Shown piece by piece: positions 52,851-64,000 of a stretch of DNA of 64,000 bases (positions are counted from its first letter, which is position 1; the number at the start of each line of letters is the position of its first letter). The position numbers and the translations under genes are program-made. Source of the stretch: Camelus dromedarius (lineage: Eukaryota); NCBI RefSeq assembly GCF_036321535.1, contig NC_087437.1:95172001-95236000 (forward strand), read 5' to 3'. The notes under the pieces were generated by a model that saw nothing but the letters and a program-made list of their open reading frames with translations, was not told the origin of the DNA and did not search any database.

Positions 52851-55029
52851 AATATATATACATATGTATATGCACAATCACACATTAAAATAGAGATACA
52901 ATCTTGCCCAGAAAAAGATGGCAACTACCAAATTTGAAATAGCAACTGCCAAGTCACATCACTACTTGAGCTGAAGGTGCTCACAGTACAGAAAACACTT
53001 TGAGGGTTCAATATATAATGTCTGGATGTGTAGGCTGTGTGAGAGTTGAATATATTGAAGTTGAGGGCTACAACCAAACTGCCTGGATTGAAGTGGGATT
53101 TGGAGACCTAACACCCACTCCATCGACCTTTATTCCTTTACTCTCCCTGTGTAGTAGCACTTGAAGTAATTCAGTAGAACATTTTGGTGTCCAAAAAGTA
53201 CAGATTCTAAATGGCCTCCATGGTCAACTTCAGCTCTTGATTCCAACAGGGTTGTTGGTGAAGGAAGTACTCCTCACACAATCACCTCTCACCTTTTACT
53301 AGCACAAGCTTCTGCCTCCCTGGACCTCTAGCAACCTTAAATTTTTCCACAGATGTTAAAATGTCATAAAAAGAATCACCCTGTCTCAGAAACTGTTCAT
53401 TTCTGTCCAGAAAGCATGGCATATTATGGCTTCAAAATGAGGCAAATTACAGAGTTAAAACCGTTTTTGAGAAAGATGTTTCTGTAATGGTTCAATAAAC
53501 AAAAAGTTCATTGAAGCAATAATGTGCTAGTATATGCTGATTATGGTAAAGAATATAGTGTGTGTTGTACATTTATTGCAGGATTACATGAGATTAAAGG
53601 AGTAATGCTTAAAAACTAGCTAGTCATTTCTGAATCTGTTACTGAAGCAGAGTTCCTTTATGTCAGATGATGCAGTTTCTGGAAATTTTAATTTGGCTTC
53701 AGCAACTTCCTTAATGAATTACAGCTGACTTAGGACTGATTAGGGAAAGTAGAAAATGTTACAGCTCTGTAACCATACTACAAACAGGAATACGGGTATG
53801 CTGATTCAGAGATTTTTGGAAATCCTAGATAGTGGGCATTAATTTTTGAATATAGAATGTTTTCTTCCAATAGGAATGACAGCAAAGTGATCTTTGTGGA
53901 TATTTCACGTCTTTCAAAATCTTAGCAGGAATCATCATTCCTTTTATTTAATAAAAAAATCCTTGGGATATGACAGATTTAATTAAAGCACTGAGACTGA
54001 ACAGTATCAGCACATTTTTGTATGAGACGATTGTCCCAGAGAGAATATCACTTTTACAGTTGATATCCAAATCGGATTTACATGAAGCTACAGTCTCTTG
54101 AATTTGAAACAGGACTGACATGTATGTAGATAATGCATTTTGTCAGGTAGGGCCTCTGTTAAACATCTTATGTGAAGAATAAAACCTTCTTGGGGTGCAT
54201 GTACCCAGTCTCTTTCTTCATGATGATGCGATAAAAGGGACAGAAGAAAACTCAGCAACAGAAAATGCATTTTGCTTCTCTCCTTGCTTTCGAGAGAATT
54301 CATGGCCCAAGCCTTTATGGATGCTGTCTCTTTGAAGAAAGACATATGTGGCTGTCTTAGAATAGACTTCTGTCGGGACTGGGACATTTCTAACTTGTCT
54401 CCTGAGGAAGATTTTGGTTAACATGTCATCAGCCACTCTGTTTTTATATGTGTTGCTTCAAGACTCTTTCTTTCCTTTCTGAGTCTAGCTATTCCAAACC
54501 AGGGCTTGTTTGATGAGTGAAATCGTCTGGCCAGAGACCATTTTGCTACAGGGCATATTTTCTGCTGACATCATACTGGTTTGGCTTTCTTTGTATACTC
54601 TTACTATTAGGCTAGCAGTTTTTAAGTTTTAAAAATGCCTTTGTAGGTGTGAGTGGAAACTATCTGAGTCTGCTATTTTTAAACTATAAAATGTTTACCT
54701 GTATTTGGAGATGATTATTTGTAACTAACACACTCTGTATATATTTGAAGAAGTTCTTGTCTTGTTAGAATGATAGCCTTAAAGGAGATTATCTTGCATT
54801 TTATAGGAAAATAAGAGTTACTCAGAGAAAGAATTGTTGAGAGTGTCAAAAAGTGAGATGCAGAATTTAGGTGAAAGGAATAGCTTTGTGAAGGAACAGA
54901 AACTCATTTCTGAGATGGAATAACTATTAGACAATAGATGCATGAACAGAGATAAAGGGGAAAAGATAGAAGATTAGGGAATTTAAACATGTTGCCTAAT
55001 AAAACAATAATTAATACTAATAATTAGTA

Positions 55030-55258
55030 TTATTATAGCTGCCCTTTAAGAGCTTCCTATGTGCATGTAAGCATTGTATTTGCTTAATTTGGGTTATCCC
55101 AATAGTTACAAAAAGTATGATTGGCACTATTATCCCTATTAAATGGGTGATGAAACAGGCTCTTCTTTTAGGGAGTCTAAATAATTTACCCAAAGTCACA
55201 TGGCTTTTAGGTAGCTAAATCAGGACTCAAATCTAAGTTTATTTGATTCCAAGCTTGT
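55030..55258 (-). mobile_element. MIR SINE
   Basis: actattatccctatt...gatgaaacaggctc...aataatttacccaaagtcaca...caggactcaaatctaag. Confidence 0.8.
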
Positions 55259-55639
55259 TTTTGCATAACTTCTATTAATTCTGGTTTCTATTACATCCTG
55301 ACTCCCATCATTATAAACTACAGTTCCAAATGGTATCTCAAGCCAACATTTGCCATTTATCATGACAAATATATTTAGTTTAAACACCGGAAAAAATTTT
55401 ATAATCTATTTTGAATAATGCAAATAATCACAAACAATCCTTCCTAACTAGATTTTTATGTTGACTTTATTTAATCAACCAGGGTAAAAGAAATCTCAAA
55501 ATCAAATATAATTGCTTTTAGACAATGGAAGATGAAGAGCATTGACAATATATATATCTCTTGTCACAGACCATTATACTCCTTGCTATTGACTAATGTG
55601 AAAATTTAGAAGCTATCACATCATGTCCACTGATTTACT

Positions 55640-55750
55640 TAATTCAACAAACTTTTTTTAATGCGCCTACGATATGCCAAACACCATTCTAGAAATAAGG
55701 AAACAAAAATGAATAGTTTCTGGTATGTGCTCTTGGAAAGCTAGTAGAGT
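55640..55750 (-). mobile_element. L2 3' end fragment
   Basis: attcaacaaac...gcgcctacgatatgccaaacaccattctag. Confidence 0.6.
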
Positions 55751-57488
55751 ACAGCCTTAAGGAATTCAGTAAGTCATATCTCTCATTAAGGTCAATGAAT
55801 AATAAATGTGCAGAACTTAGTTTATCCCAAAGTGTTGGATAAAAAATTAACTATTATTCATTTATTCATTTAATTGACTAATATTAAGTGGACAGTCATT
55901 AACTGTGATAGATGCTGCATCTCTGATAGGGTAAGAAGCAGGAATGCTTTCTGGACTCGGCCATGCGTACTGTGAATATGTACACACACGCACAAACTGT
56001 GACAAAACTTGTGAGGAAAATAAGGAATACTCTGAAAGGGAATGCTAGTAATTGAAAAATCTGAAGGTAAGGGAGCTACTTCATATTCAAAGACCGCAGA
56101 GGGTGGGGAGAGGATGGGAAATGGTGTGAGCTGAGGCTGGAATTACAGGCGGGGCCAGATCTTAGAGGTCCTTATAGACCATGTCCTTTTGCAGGTTTGT
56201 ATTACCTAGATGACAGCTTAAAGAAGTGACAGTCTTTTTTCCACTGAATTATACATAAATAATCTTTACAGTTTGTTAACAAATAGCTGGAGCTAGCCTG
56301 CGTGCTTTGAGCTACTTAATAAGGATATGTGTCCAGTGTTCTTTTTTTTTTTCCTATTCTTTATTTTCCTCTTAGATTTTAGACTTGTTAGCAAAGAAAT
56401 AGAGTAGTAAATTATCTTAAATTTCTTGCTATTTTATGTATACTATACATATATATTTGTTTGTCCAATGAGAAATCGTTAAAATAGGACATTTCTGTAT
56501 TATAGTGATTGTCTAGCATTAAAAAATAAGGAGCAAAGTCATTGCAGAAACTGATGGGAACATGCAGTAAAGAGAATCCCAAGAGCTGACAACGCATCAG
56601 CAAAAAATCATTAAAATTATTTTTAAAAGTTTCCCTTTGACACAAAAGGCTGAATCTTCACTATTGAAGATATGTCAAAAGTAGCTTGATTAAAGACAGC
56701 AGTATTGCATTTTTGCCATTAGAATAAAAAGACTGAATTGTTACTGAAAAGCCATGAAGTGCAGAACTCTGGAATTTGTGGTGAAAGGAAATTGAAAAAG
56801 AACAGAACATTTGGATTCATGTTTCATGAAATAATTTGTGTGACAGACTAGGAAGGCAGTCTGAGGGAAAATTGACATAATTTTTTCCTAGGACTAGGAA
56901 AGGCCAGATAAATATGTCACTGTTAACAAATGCACTATTGTGCATGAACAAAGCATATTGGACTAAATTTCTAAATATTGATTTTCAATCATCGGAAAAT
57001 ATTTACATTTTTTAAAAGTATAAACAACCACTTGGTCTTGCCTCCTTTTTTACCCTTTTCCATTGGCTCCCTTTTAATTTTGAATGGACATTAAGTTAGA
57101 ACAGAAGGAGGAAGGCAGATATTTTTTTAACCCATGGAAATGTTCATTCTTCAGGGGAAGACGTATTGGGATGTGTATTGTGAGATATGTAATATGTAGC
57201 CTGCCCGTGGTCTTTTTGCAGTGTCTAAATCTAGCTTCTCTGAGGTTCAAGGGTCCATGCAGAAGTCTTCCACCAGATTATAGAGTCACAAAAGCGCCCT
57301 ACTGCTGCATTGGGTGTGCAGGGGCTGTGTCTTTGATACCTTTGTCTTTCTCACAATGTCCAATTTGGTTTTTGTGTACAGAAGATGCTTGGGGAATATT
57401 TGGCTGATCCAGGACAACTGGCACAAACAGAATTTGGAATAGAGGGATGGAATGTGTAGATTTTTCTCTTTGTGCAGTTTAGGGATGT

Positions 57489-57914
57489 TGTAATGGATGC
57501 TACCGGTTCACCACTCATATCTCCTTTATACTCACTGCTTCGATGTGTGCCCAGGGCTTTCTTCTGCAAACACCTCTGACTCATTCTCTGGCCGCATGTT
57601 TGGCTGTGCATGGAGGTGCCCTGAAGTTGCTGGGTATTAGCATGTCCAGAACTAGCCTTCAACCAATGCCAAGCATTTGGTTTTTTTCCCCAGGGAGGAT
57701 TTGATGCATAATTATACCTTAGCTTCCTTTCCCCTCTGGTGGAATAACTCAGAAGGGTGTTCCACATAATATCCTGGAGGGTTCCAGTGGGACTCTGTTA
57801 GTTCATGAATACACCCCATATTGGCTTCCTTTCCTTCTCTGTCTCAATTTCCCACTCTCCTAAAGGTGATGGTATTCAAAGCCTGTCTCAGGATCTGCTT
57901 CTGGAGCAAAGGAC
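57489..57914 (+). mobile_element. LTR16A-like (ERVL) solo LTR
   Basis: tgtaatggatgc start; agcttcctttcccctctggtggaataactc, attggcttcctttccttctctgtctca, tgtctcaggatctgcttctgg. Confidence 0.8.
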
Positions 57915-58510
57915 AGGGACTCTGGTTCCTGGAGTATTGGACTAGGCACAGATGTCTGTAAAAGTTTGTTGAAAGGAATCAAATTATGTAGAGTTTAATT
58001 AAATTAAATTATCCTGCAACCTCATTTCTCTGGGCCAAATCCAAATGCTTATTATGTGCTGTTATGGGAGTTGTGGAGGAAGGGGTGAGGCATATTATTA
58101 TTATAAATCTAGTGACAATTAATTTTTAAACAATATTAACTACGTAGTCTGGTATCTAAAACCTATTGCATGTGAAAAGCTACCAATTTAGAGAAAAATG
58201 AAAGTTAACAATAGGCACATCTGAGCAGGTAAAATGTCTTTGCAGATGGGATGTCATAAGATAAAACAGAAACACTATAAAATGTGGATATAATCAGTTA
58301 GCTATATTTTCCTGTAATTTGAAGTGTTCACTATATATTAATTGACATTTTCAGATTAAAAGATTAAATTTTGCTTCATAATTTATAACTCAAAAAAAGG
58401 GAAACTAGCTAACTAGCCTGGATAATTTTCTTAGTTGACCAGATAGATGAAATTTCACTATAATTAGAATCATATTTCAAGTCAAGAAAGATCATATAGC
58501 AGTTTAGATT

Positions 58511-58536
58511 GTGTGTGTGTGTGTGTGTGTGTGTGT
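58511..58536. repeat. (TG)n microsatellite
   Basis: Uninterrupted gt run. Confidence 0.95.
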
Positions 58537-58994
58537 ATAAGAGACAGTGAAAGGGGATTTTTTTTTTTTCAAAAGAAAGAATCTTAGAACAAATTTTATA
58601 GCTACCAAATCAGAGAGAGTTGTGGTGGCACATTGCCACTGAACTTATGGTTTGAATGATATAAGAGACAGTCTGTTCAGCAGTTATTTGTAGTAGTTTT
58701 AATATAGCTACAGACCAGAATGAGAGGCTCCCTGGACTGCCGCAGTTCTTGGCAAGAGGAACAATGCATAGATCTAGCCACAGCTGAATGGAATAATTCC
58801 AGAGTGGGGATCACAGGTCTGGTGCAGACTCAACCTATCAACAATGAATGATTTAAGCAAATAAAAGCTCAATTAATATCATACATCTTTAATCACTTAC
58901 AATGTATCCACATTGGTCTCTTCCAAATCTGAGTTCTATTACCATTTTTTATACAAATAATAGACATTTATTCAACCTACTTTCAAGTAAGAAT

Positions 58995-59190
58995 GCTTGG
59001 GTTTCAATCCAGATTCTATTATTTATTGGCTGTTTGTCCTTGGGCAAGTTACCTACCCTCTCTAGGATTCAATTTCCGCAGGTATAAAATGGAAATAACG
59101 GTATCTATCCTATACTATTATTATAAACATAAATGATTAAACATGAAATACTTAATTCTTTGCTAGGCATGGCCTACATAGACACTCAAA
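58995..59190 (+). mobile_element. MIR SINE
   Basis: ggctgtttgtccttgggcaagttaccta...aatttccgcaggtataaaatggaaataa. Confidence 0.8.
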
Positions 59191-59288
59191 AATTGAAAAG
59201 CATCAGGAGTAAACAAATGGTTTTCTGTCTTAAAGAAATTTGCCTTTAATCATACATATAATGCATACACTAAAATAATACATAAGTA

Positions 59289-59594
59289 AAAAAAACCCAA
59301 AGCATAAATACAAAACAGAAATAGACTCACAGATACAGAATACAAACTTGTAGTTGCCAAGGGGGCAGGGGGTGGGAAGGGATAGATTGGGATTTCAAAA
59401 TTGTAGAATAGATAAACAAGATTATACCGTATAGCACAGGGAAATATATACAAGGTCTTATGGTAGCTCACAGAGAAAAAAATGTGACAATGAATATATA
59501 TATGTTCATGTATAACTGAAAAACTGTGCTCTACACTGGAATTTGACACAACATTGTAAAATGATTATAAATCAATAAAAAATGTTAAAAAATA
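59289..59594 (+). mobile_element. Young camelid-type L1, 5'-truncated 3' end, with TSD
   Basis: aatacaaacttgtagttgccaagggg...tatagcacagggaaatatatacaag...gaatttgacacaacattgtaaaatgattataaatcaataaaaaatgttaaaaaa; 12-bp direct repeat aatacataagta at 59277-59288 and 59595-59606. Confidence 0.9.
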
Positions 59595-59879
59595 AATACA
59601 TAAGTAGACCCAACCTGACAGAAAATAAAGAAATTTCTGAGTGTGGGCTAACTGAGATACTTTAGCTTTCGAATTGAATCACTGTATGTTTTTGTTACAT
59701 CATGCTCTTTCAATTCTGTTCCAGCAACCTGGATGCATTATAAAGACCTGTTTACAGAGATGGGAGAATGGATTGAATAAAAAAATTGTAAAAATCCTAT
59801 CCCATTAGGCACTAAATAGCTATAGTAGATCTTAGATGAAAATAGTTTTCCCTCATTGAGAATAAGAAGACTATTTTAT

Positions 59880-60640
59880 TTTCTTTGCTTTCAATTCCAA
59901 TAAAAATCTCAATAGGGGTGTGTGTGTGTGTGTGTGTGTGTGCACGTGTGTGTGTGTGTGTGTATGCATATGAGGGGGGATGACAAGCTGATACAAAATT
60001 CTTGTGTAAGGACAAGAAATCAAAAATAACCAAGACAGGTCTAAGAATAAGAATTAGGTGAGAGGATGTAAAAACAGTATAAGGCTACAGTAATGAAGAC
60101 TAGGACAAAGATAGGCAAACAGGTCAACAGGCAGAGTTGAGTGCCCAGAAACAGAGCCAGAGACAGATGGAAACTGATTTATGACAGAGGAGATATTACA
60201 GGTCGGGAAGAAAAGATGATTGTTTCAGTAGAAACTGTCAATATGGGAAAAGGAAAAAAAAAAAAAGAGGTAGGCACTTCTTCCACATTCTACAAAGACA
60301 TAAGTGTCAGACAGATAAAACTCATAAATGTGAAAAGAAAAACTATAAAACAATTTAAGAATAAATCTTTATGACTTTAGGGTAAAGATAAACAGACTCT
60401 AGCAGCACTAGTCATAAAATAAGATCACTAAATTTGTCATTAAATTAGAATCTTCAGTGCATCAAAAAGACACCATAAAGAGTGTAAAGAACCTGGCAGG
60501 AATCAAGTTTTTCACTACACATATGAAAAGGATTAACATTTCCAATAAAAATATATACATTAAAATATATTAAACGGTGCAGAGTGGGGATGGGGTGGCA
60601 AATAGCCCAATAAAAAGTGGACGAGAAAGTAGAACAGGCC
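59880..60640 (+). mobile_element. Ancient L1 ORF2 3' region (L1M-type), non-coding
   Basis: caattccaataaaaatc, gacaagctgatacaaaattc, aaggctacagtaat, cccagaaacaga, atcaaaaagacaccataaagagtg, cccaataaaaagtgg. Confidence 0.8.
59918..59963. repeat. (TG)n microsatellite, interrupted
   Basis: tg run with one cac interruption. Confidence 0.95.
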
Positions 60641-61320
60641 CTTGGCGGACGCTGCAACCCACGCGTCAAGAAACAGTCAGACAAACGCTGAATGCAGCGC
60701 GTTCGCCTGCAGCGCCAGCCGCCCAATTCCCAGCAGCACGTGCAGGCACCAGGCAGTAAAGCTCTCAGGTGGCTGCTGGCTCCTGGGGTCTGTCAGGGCC
60801 GCTTGGGCCGCCGAGGATCTGCCTGCTCCTACTTTCACTGAGCATGAGGACATGGTCACAGCCCGCCACTGCTCAGAGCAGCAGGCCCCTGCCTCGAATG
60901 TAGGCCCAGGCATCCAGGGCTGCCGTGCTGATGGCAGGATGGCGACCTCCACAAACCGTCATCAGCCGCTTCAGCTTCTAAGGGGATTGAAGGAGGTCAG
61001 AGCTTGCAGGGACCTCCCATTGGGCGGTGAATGAATGATGTCACCCCGAGAGCATCTGGCTGTGGGACTTAAGGAATCTGGGTCATCTCTGCCCCAAACC
61101 TCAGAGAGCCTTGGCCTCCTGAACTCCAAGGTGGGGTCCGAGACCTAAACACCAGCAGGGAGCCTGGGCAGCCTGGGGCCTCCGCGATCCAATCAGGCCT
61201 TCCATCCACTTTCTCAGCTTGACTGTCGTCCTGGCCTAACGCCCTCCACTGCGGGTTTACTCGAACCTTCCCGGTACTAGACTCTGGGAGTTCAGATAGG
61301 AAAGAACACTCAACGTGATG
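60640..61320. other. GC/CpG-rich patch (CpG-island-like)
   Basis: About 20 CpGs counted by eye in 60601-60960, against a CpG-poor, AT-rich background. Confidence 0.7.
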
Positions 61321-61664
61321 TGGATGGACTCTTATCCTTACCTGTTCTGGCTGCAAAATGTAGCCAGGTAGTTTTGGCTTGAAGTTTTGTGCACAGCTTT
61401 GGCTTATCTGTGCTTTGATTGAACCATAAGGGCCTATACCTTCCAATGCTGGATTACTCAAGACCTTGGGATGAGATCTGAAGAAATTCTGACAGCCTCA
61501 CCTCTGTAGGTCTTAGATGTCCACTCTGGAATCCAATATTTTTACCTCATTTTCTAGGTTCCAGTTACATGGTCTTAGTTAGGAACCGTGATGGTTGGTA
61601 CCATGATCACTGAAATCATCCATGACTGTAGGGATTTTTGAGGTTGAAATTCTCTAAATTTATT

Positions 61665-62000
61665 TTGTAGGAACAATGTTGAATGGGAATGGTGATACCA
61701 ACCTTATCTATCTTGTTCCTAATTCAGAAAGAACTGCTTCTAATATTTCTCTATAAAGAATAATATTTGCTCTGTCATGTTAATATATACTCTTTAATTT
61801 TCTTCTTCTTCTTTTTTTTCATGAGTTATTTTTAAATTGTATGGAATGACTTTCCTGGGTATGTTGGATATGCCATCTGTGTTTTTACCCACCTAATCTA
61901 TTGATGTAGTAAATTCCGGTCTACATTTTTAAATGATAAACCAACCTTGAATTTCTAGATTATTAGCAATTTGACACGATCCCTTATATTTTTATGTATT
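61665..62000 (-). mobile_element. Ancient L1 ORF2 fragment
   Basis: acaatgttgaatgggaatggtgata...tcttgttcctaat...aaatgataaaccaaccttgaatttctagat. Confidence 0.65.
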
Positions 62001-62467
62001 AGAAATTATTTCTGTTCTCAAAATCAAAGGCAAAAAATGTCAGAAAGCCTCATTTTCCACCAGCTGGTAAAAAATAAAACGGTTCATCAATAGTGGAGTA
62101 GCTGTGCCTAAAGCACCTTGCACCCTATTTTAAATATTCACCTCAGAAACACACACCTGCAATTTGCCAAGTGAGAGAATTGACATACACTTAACTGAAC
62201 AGCCTGGTAAGCTAATGGGTCTAGGATTTGAGAGGAATGAAACACTTACTTAAATATGAGTGAATGAATACACAAAGGAATGAATCTCTCCACTCTGATC
62301 CAGGCTAACAGGACAACACTCAGGTAGTTAGTAAGTTAGAGCTTACAGCTAGGACTCAAGTAAGCTTTGTCTGTAGTGGACATTCATTAAAAGATAACTG
62401 TTAATTACTATGATAGAAGTGAGAGCAGAAATGAATGTCAACAGCCTGAGGCCAGTGCTACAGTGAG

Positions 62468-62552
62468 GCAGTGTAGAGTTGTGATTAATAAAGAGCTCTA
62501 TAGTCAGACTGCCTGGGCTGAGGTCTCTGATTCACCTACTGTGTAACCTTGG
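62468..62552 (+). mobile_element. MIR 5' fragment
   Basis: gctctatagtcagactgcctggg...ctgtgtaaccttggg. Confidence 0.65.
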
Positions 62553-63399
62553 GAATGAAGGCACAGGTGTGCATGGCATGATATATAACTTTCTTTTTTT
62601 AATATGATTGACAGAAATATATTTTGGTTAAAAGGAGTTTTTCTGAGGATTCTATTTAACTGACTTTGGATTATCTGGGAGTATAGTATATTAATGTTCC
62701 AGTGTAAGAATAAACTGATTTTAAGTTAGGGCCATGTATATTCAGTTTGGGTCCAGGTGAATAAAGACACATCTATATTTATATATTTATACAAGTACTT
62801 ATCCCTTGTAAAAACCAGCAAAATCAATAAATGATTTTAAACTCAACAGATGTTTTACAAACATGAGCTTTCAGCTCAGATATGTGAATTTCAAACTTTA
62901 TGACTTTGAAAACCTCCTGTTTTCATTGTGTTATCAAAGTGCGATGTGTGTGTGTTAGTGTGTATGTGCACATGTTTAAAACTTCTAGATGAATAAAATT
63001 TAATATAAAAACTATTTTCTAATTATTTTAAATTTGGTTAAGTTGTGGTTTTATTTTTCCGAAGAACAGATCATATAATGACTGACAAAATAGCTGTGTG
63101 TTTTAGTTTTGTTAAAGAATCTGGAACCATTTAGTTTATATTTTTCTAAGGTCTAAAGAAATTTTTTAGCTGAAGTTCTATTAATTTCTAAAAAACTACC
63201 AAAATAAGCAAAAATATTTATAGACAGTAGGTGTAAGCTGTTAACATTTTATACTGATTAGTTTTTCAGTTCTACCACATGAATAATTACAAAAGTGCAA
63301 TGAAAAATAATGATCAAGGTCAAGAGTTTAGTTTATTTTAGCATAGCTAAATATGCTTAGAAATACAAATATGTAGTTCAGTTTTATTATATTTATTAG

Positions 63400-63990
63400 A
63401 TATCATTCAGTTAAATATTTATTTAGTATCTCCCTAATGGCAGACACTATTCTAGGTGCTGGGGAGACAAAGAACAAAACAAAACATTTTCAAATTCCTA
63501 TTTTCATGGCGTTGCAGAACAGAAGAGAGGATATTCAGTAATATAAATAAGCAAAGTATGTGGTTTGTTAGATGAGGAAAGACTAAAGCAGAAAGAGCTG
63601 GTAGGAGATGCCAAATGTGAGGATATTCATTCAGGTTTAAATAAAGGGCCCAAGATAGGCCCCCCTGAGTAAGTGTCACTTGACTAAGAATCTGACGGTG
63701 AAGGAAGGAACTCTGTGGGTGTCCATTATCCATGCAGAAGGAACAGTAGCTGCCAAAGTCCTGAGGGAGGAGGTGTCCCTGCGGCATTGAAAGAATGGCC
63801 AGGACCAAAACGTGGCTGAGACAGAGTGAGTAAGATGGAAGTATATAAAAAGAAGTGAGAGAGGTGATAAGGTGAGCACATGCTATAGAGTCTTGAAGGC
63901 TATTATAACAATTTTGGCTTTTACTCTGAGATGGGAAAATTGGAGGGTTTTGAGTCAGGGGTGAGTGTAGGAGGAACATGATTGGAAGGA
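63400..63990 (-). mobile_element. L2a LINE 3' region
   Basis: tcattcagttaaatatttatt...cagacactattctaggtgctggggaga...gcagaaggaacag...aaagtcctgagg...ttggcttttactctgagatggg. Confidence 0.85.
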
Positions 63991-64000
63991 GGGTTAGAAG

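Noticed and set aside
60454..61461. Overlapping 60-130 aa ORFs on both strands
   Set aside because: Expected from stop-codon scarcity in GC-rich sequence; no recognisable protein
63452..63979. Longest ORF (175 aa)
   Set aside because: Lies wholly in the L2a 3' region and shows no recognisable domain
1..64000. Prokaryote-style system (CRISPR array, operon, defence island)
   Set aside because: Mammalian repeats throughout, no long ORFs and no regularly spaced repeat-spacer array

Overview
AT-rich, non-coding mammalian genomic DNA, intronic or intergenic. It is most likely camelid (alpaca, llama or camel): it carries three Vic-1-type tRNA-Ala-derived SINEs and a young camelid-type L1 3' end. 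I recognise no protein-coding gene. All listed ORFs are short, have no family I know, and many lie inside repeats. Most assignable sequence is transposon fossils: SINEs, MIR, L2, L1, MLT1, MLT2, LTR16A, Tigger2, MER2B, MER5A and MER33, several with target-site duplications or nesting. Subfamily names come from my recollection of consensus sequences, not a database search, and old-repeat boundaries are approximate. The most notable signal is a GC/CpG-rich patch at about 60.6-61.3 kb that still reads as old L1 ORF2 rewritten A/T to G/C, a candidate GC-biased gene conversion tract. Other candidates are a TATA/Inr first exon at 35.1-35.3 kb, a double hairpin at 40.2 kb, and several enhancer-like motif clusters. 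I see no evidence for a new multi-gene system.
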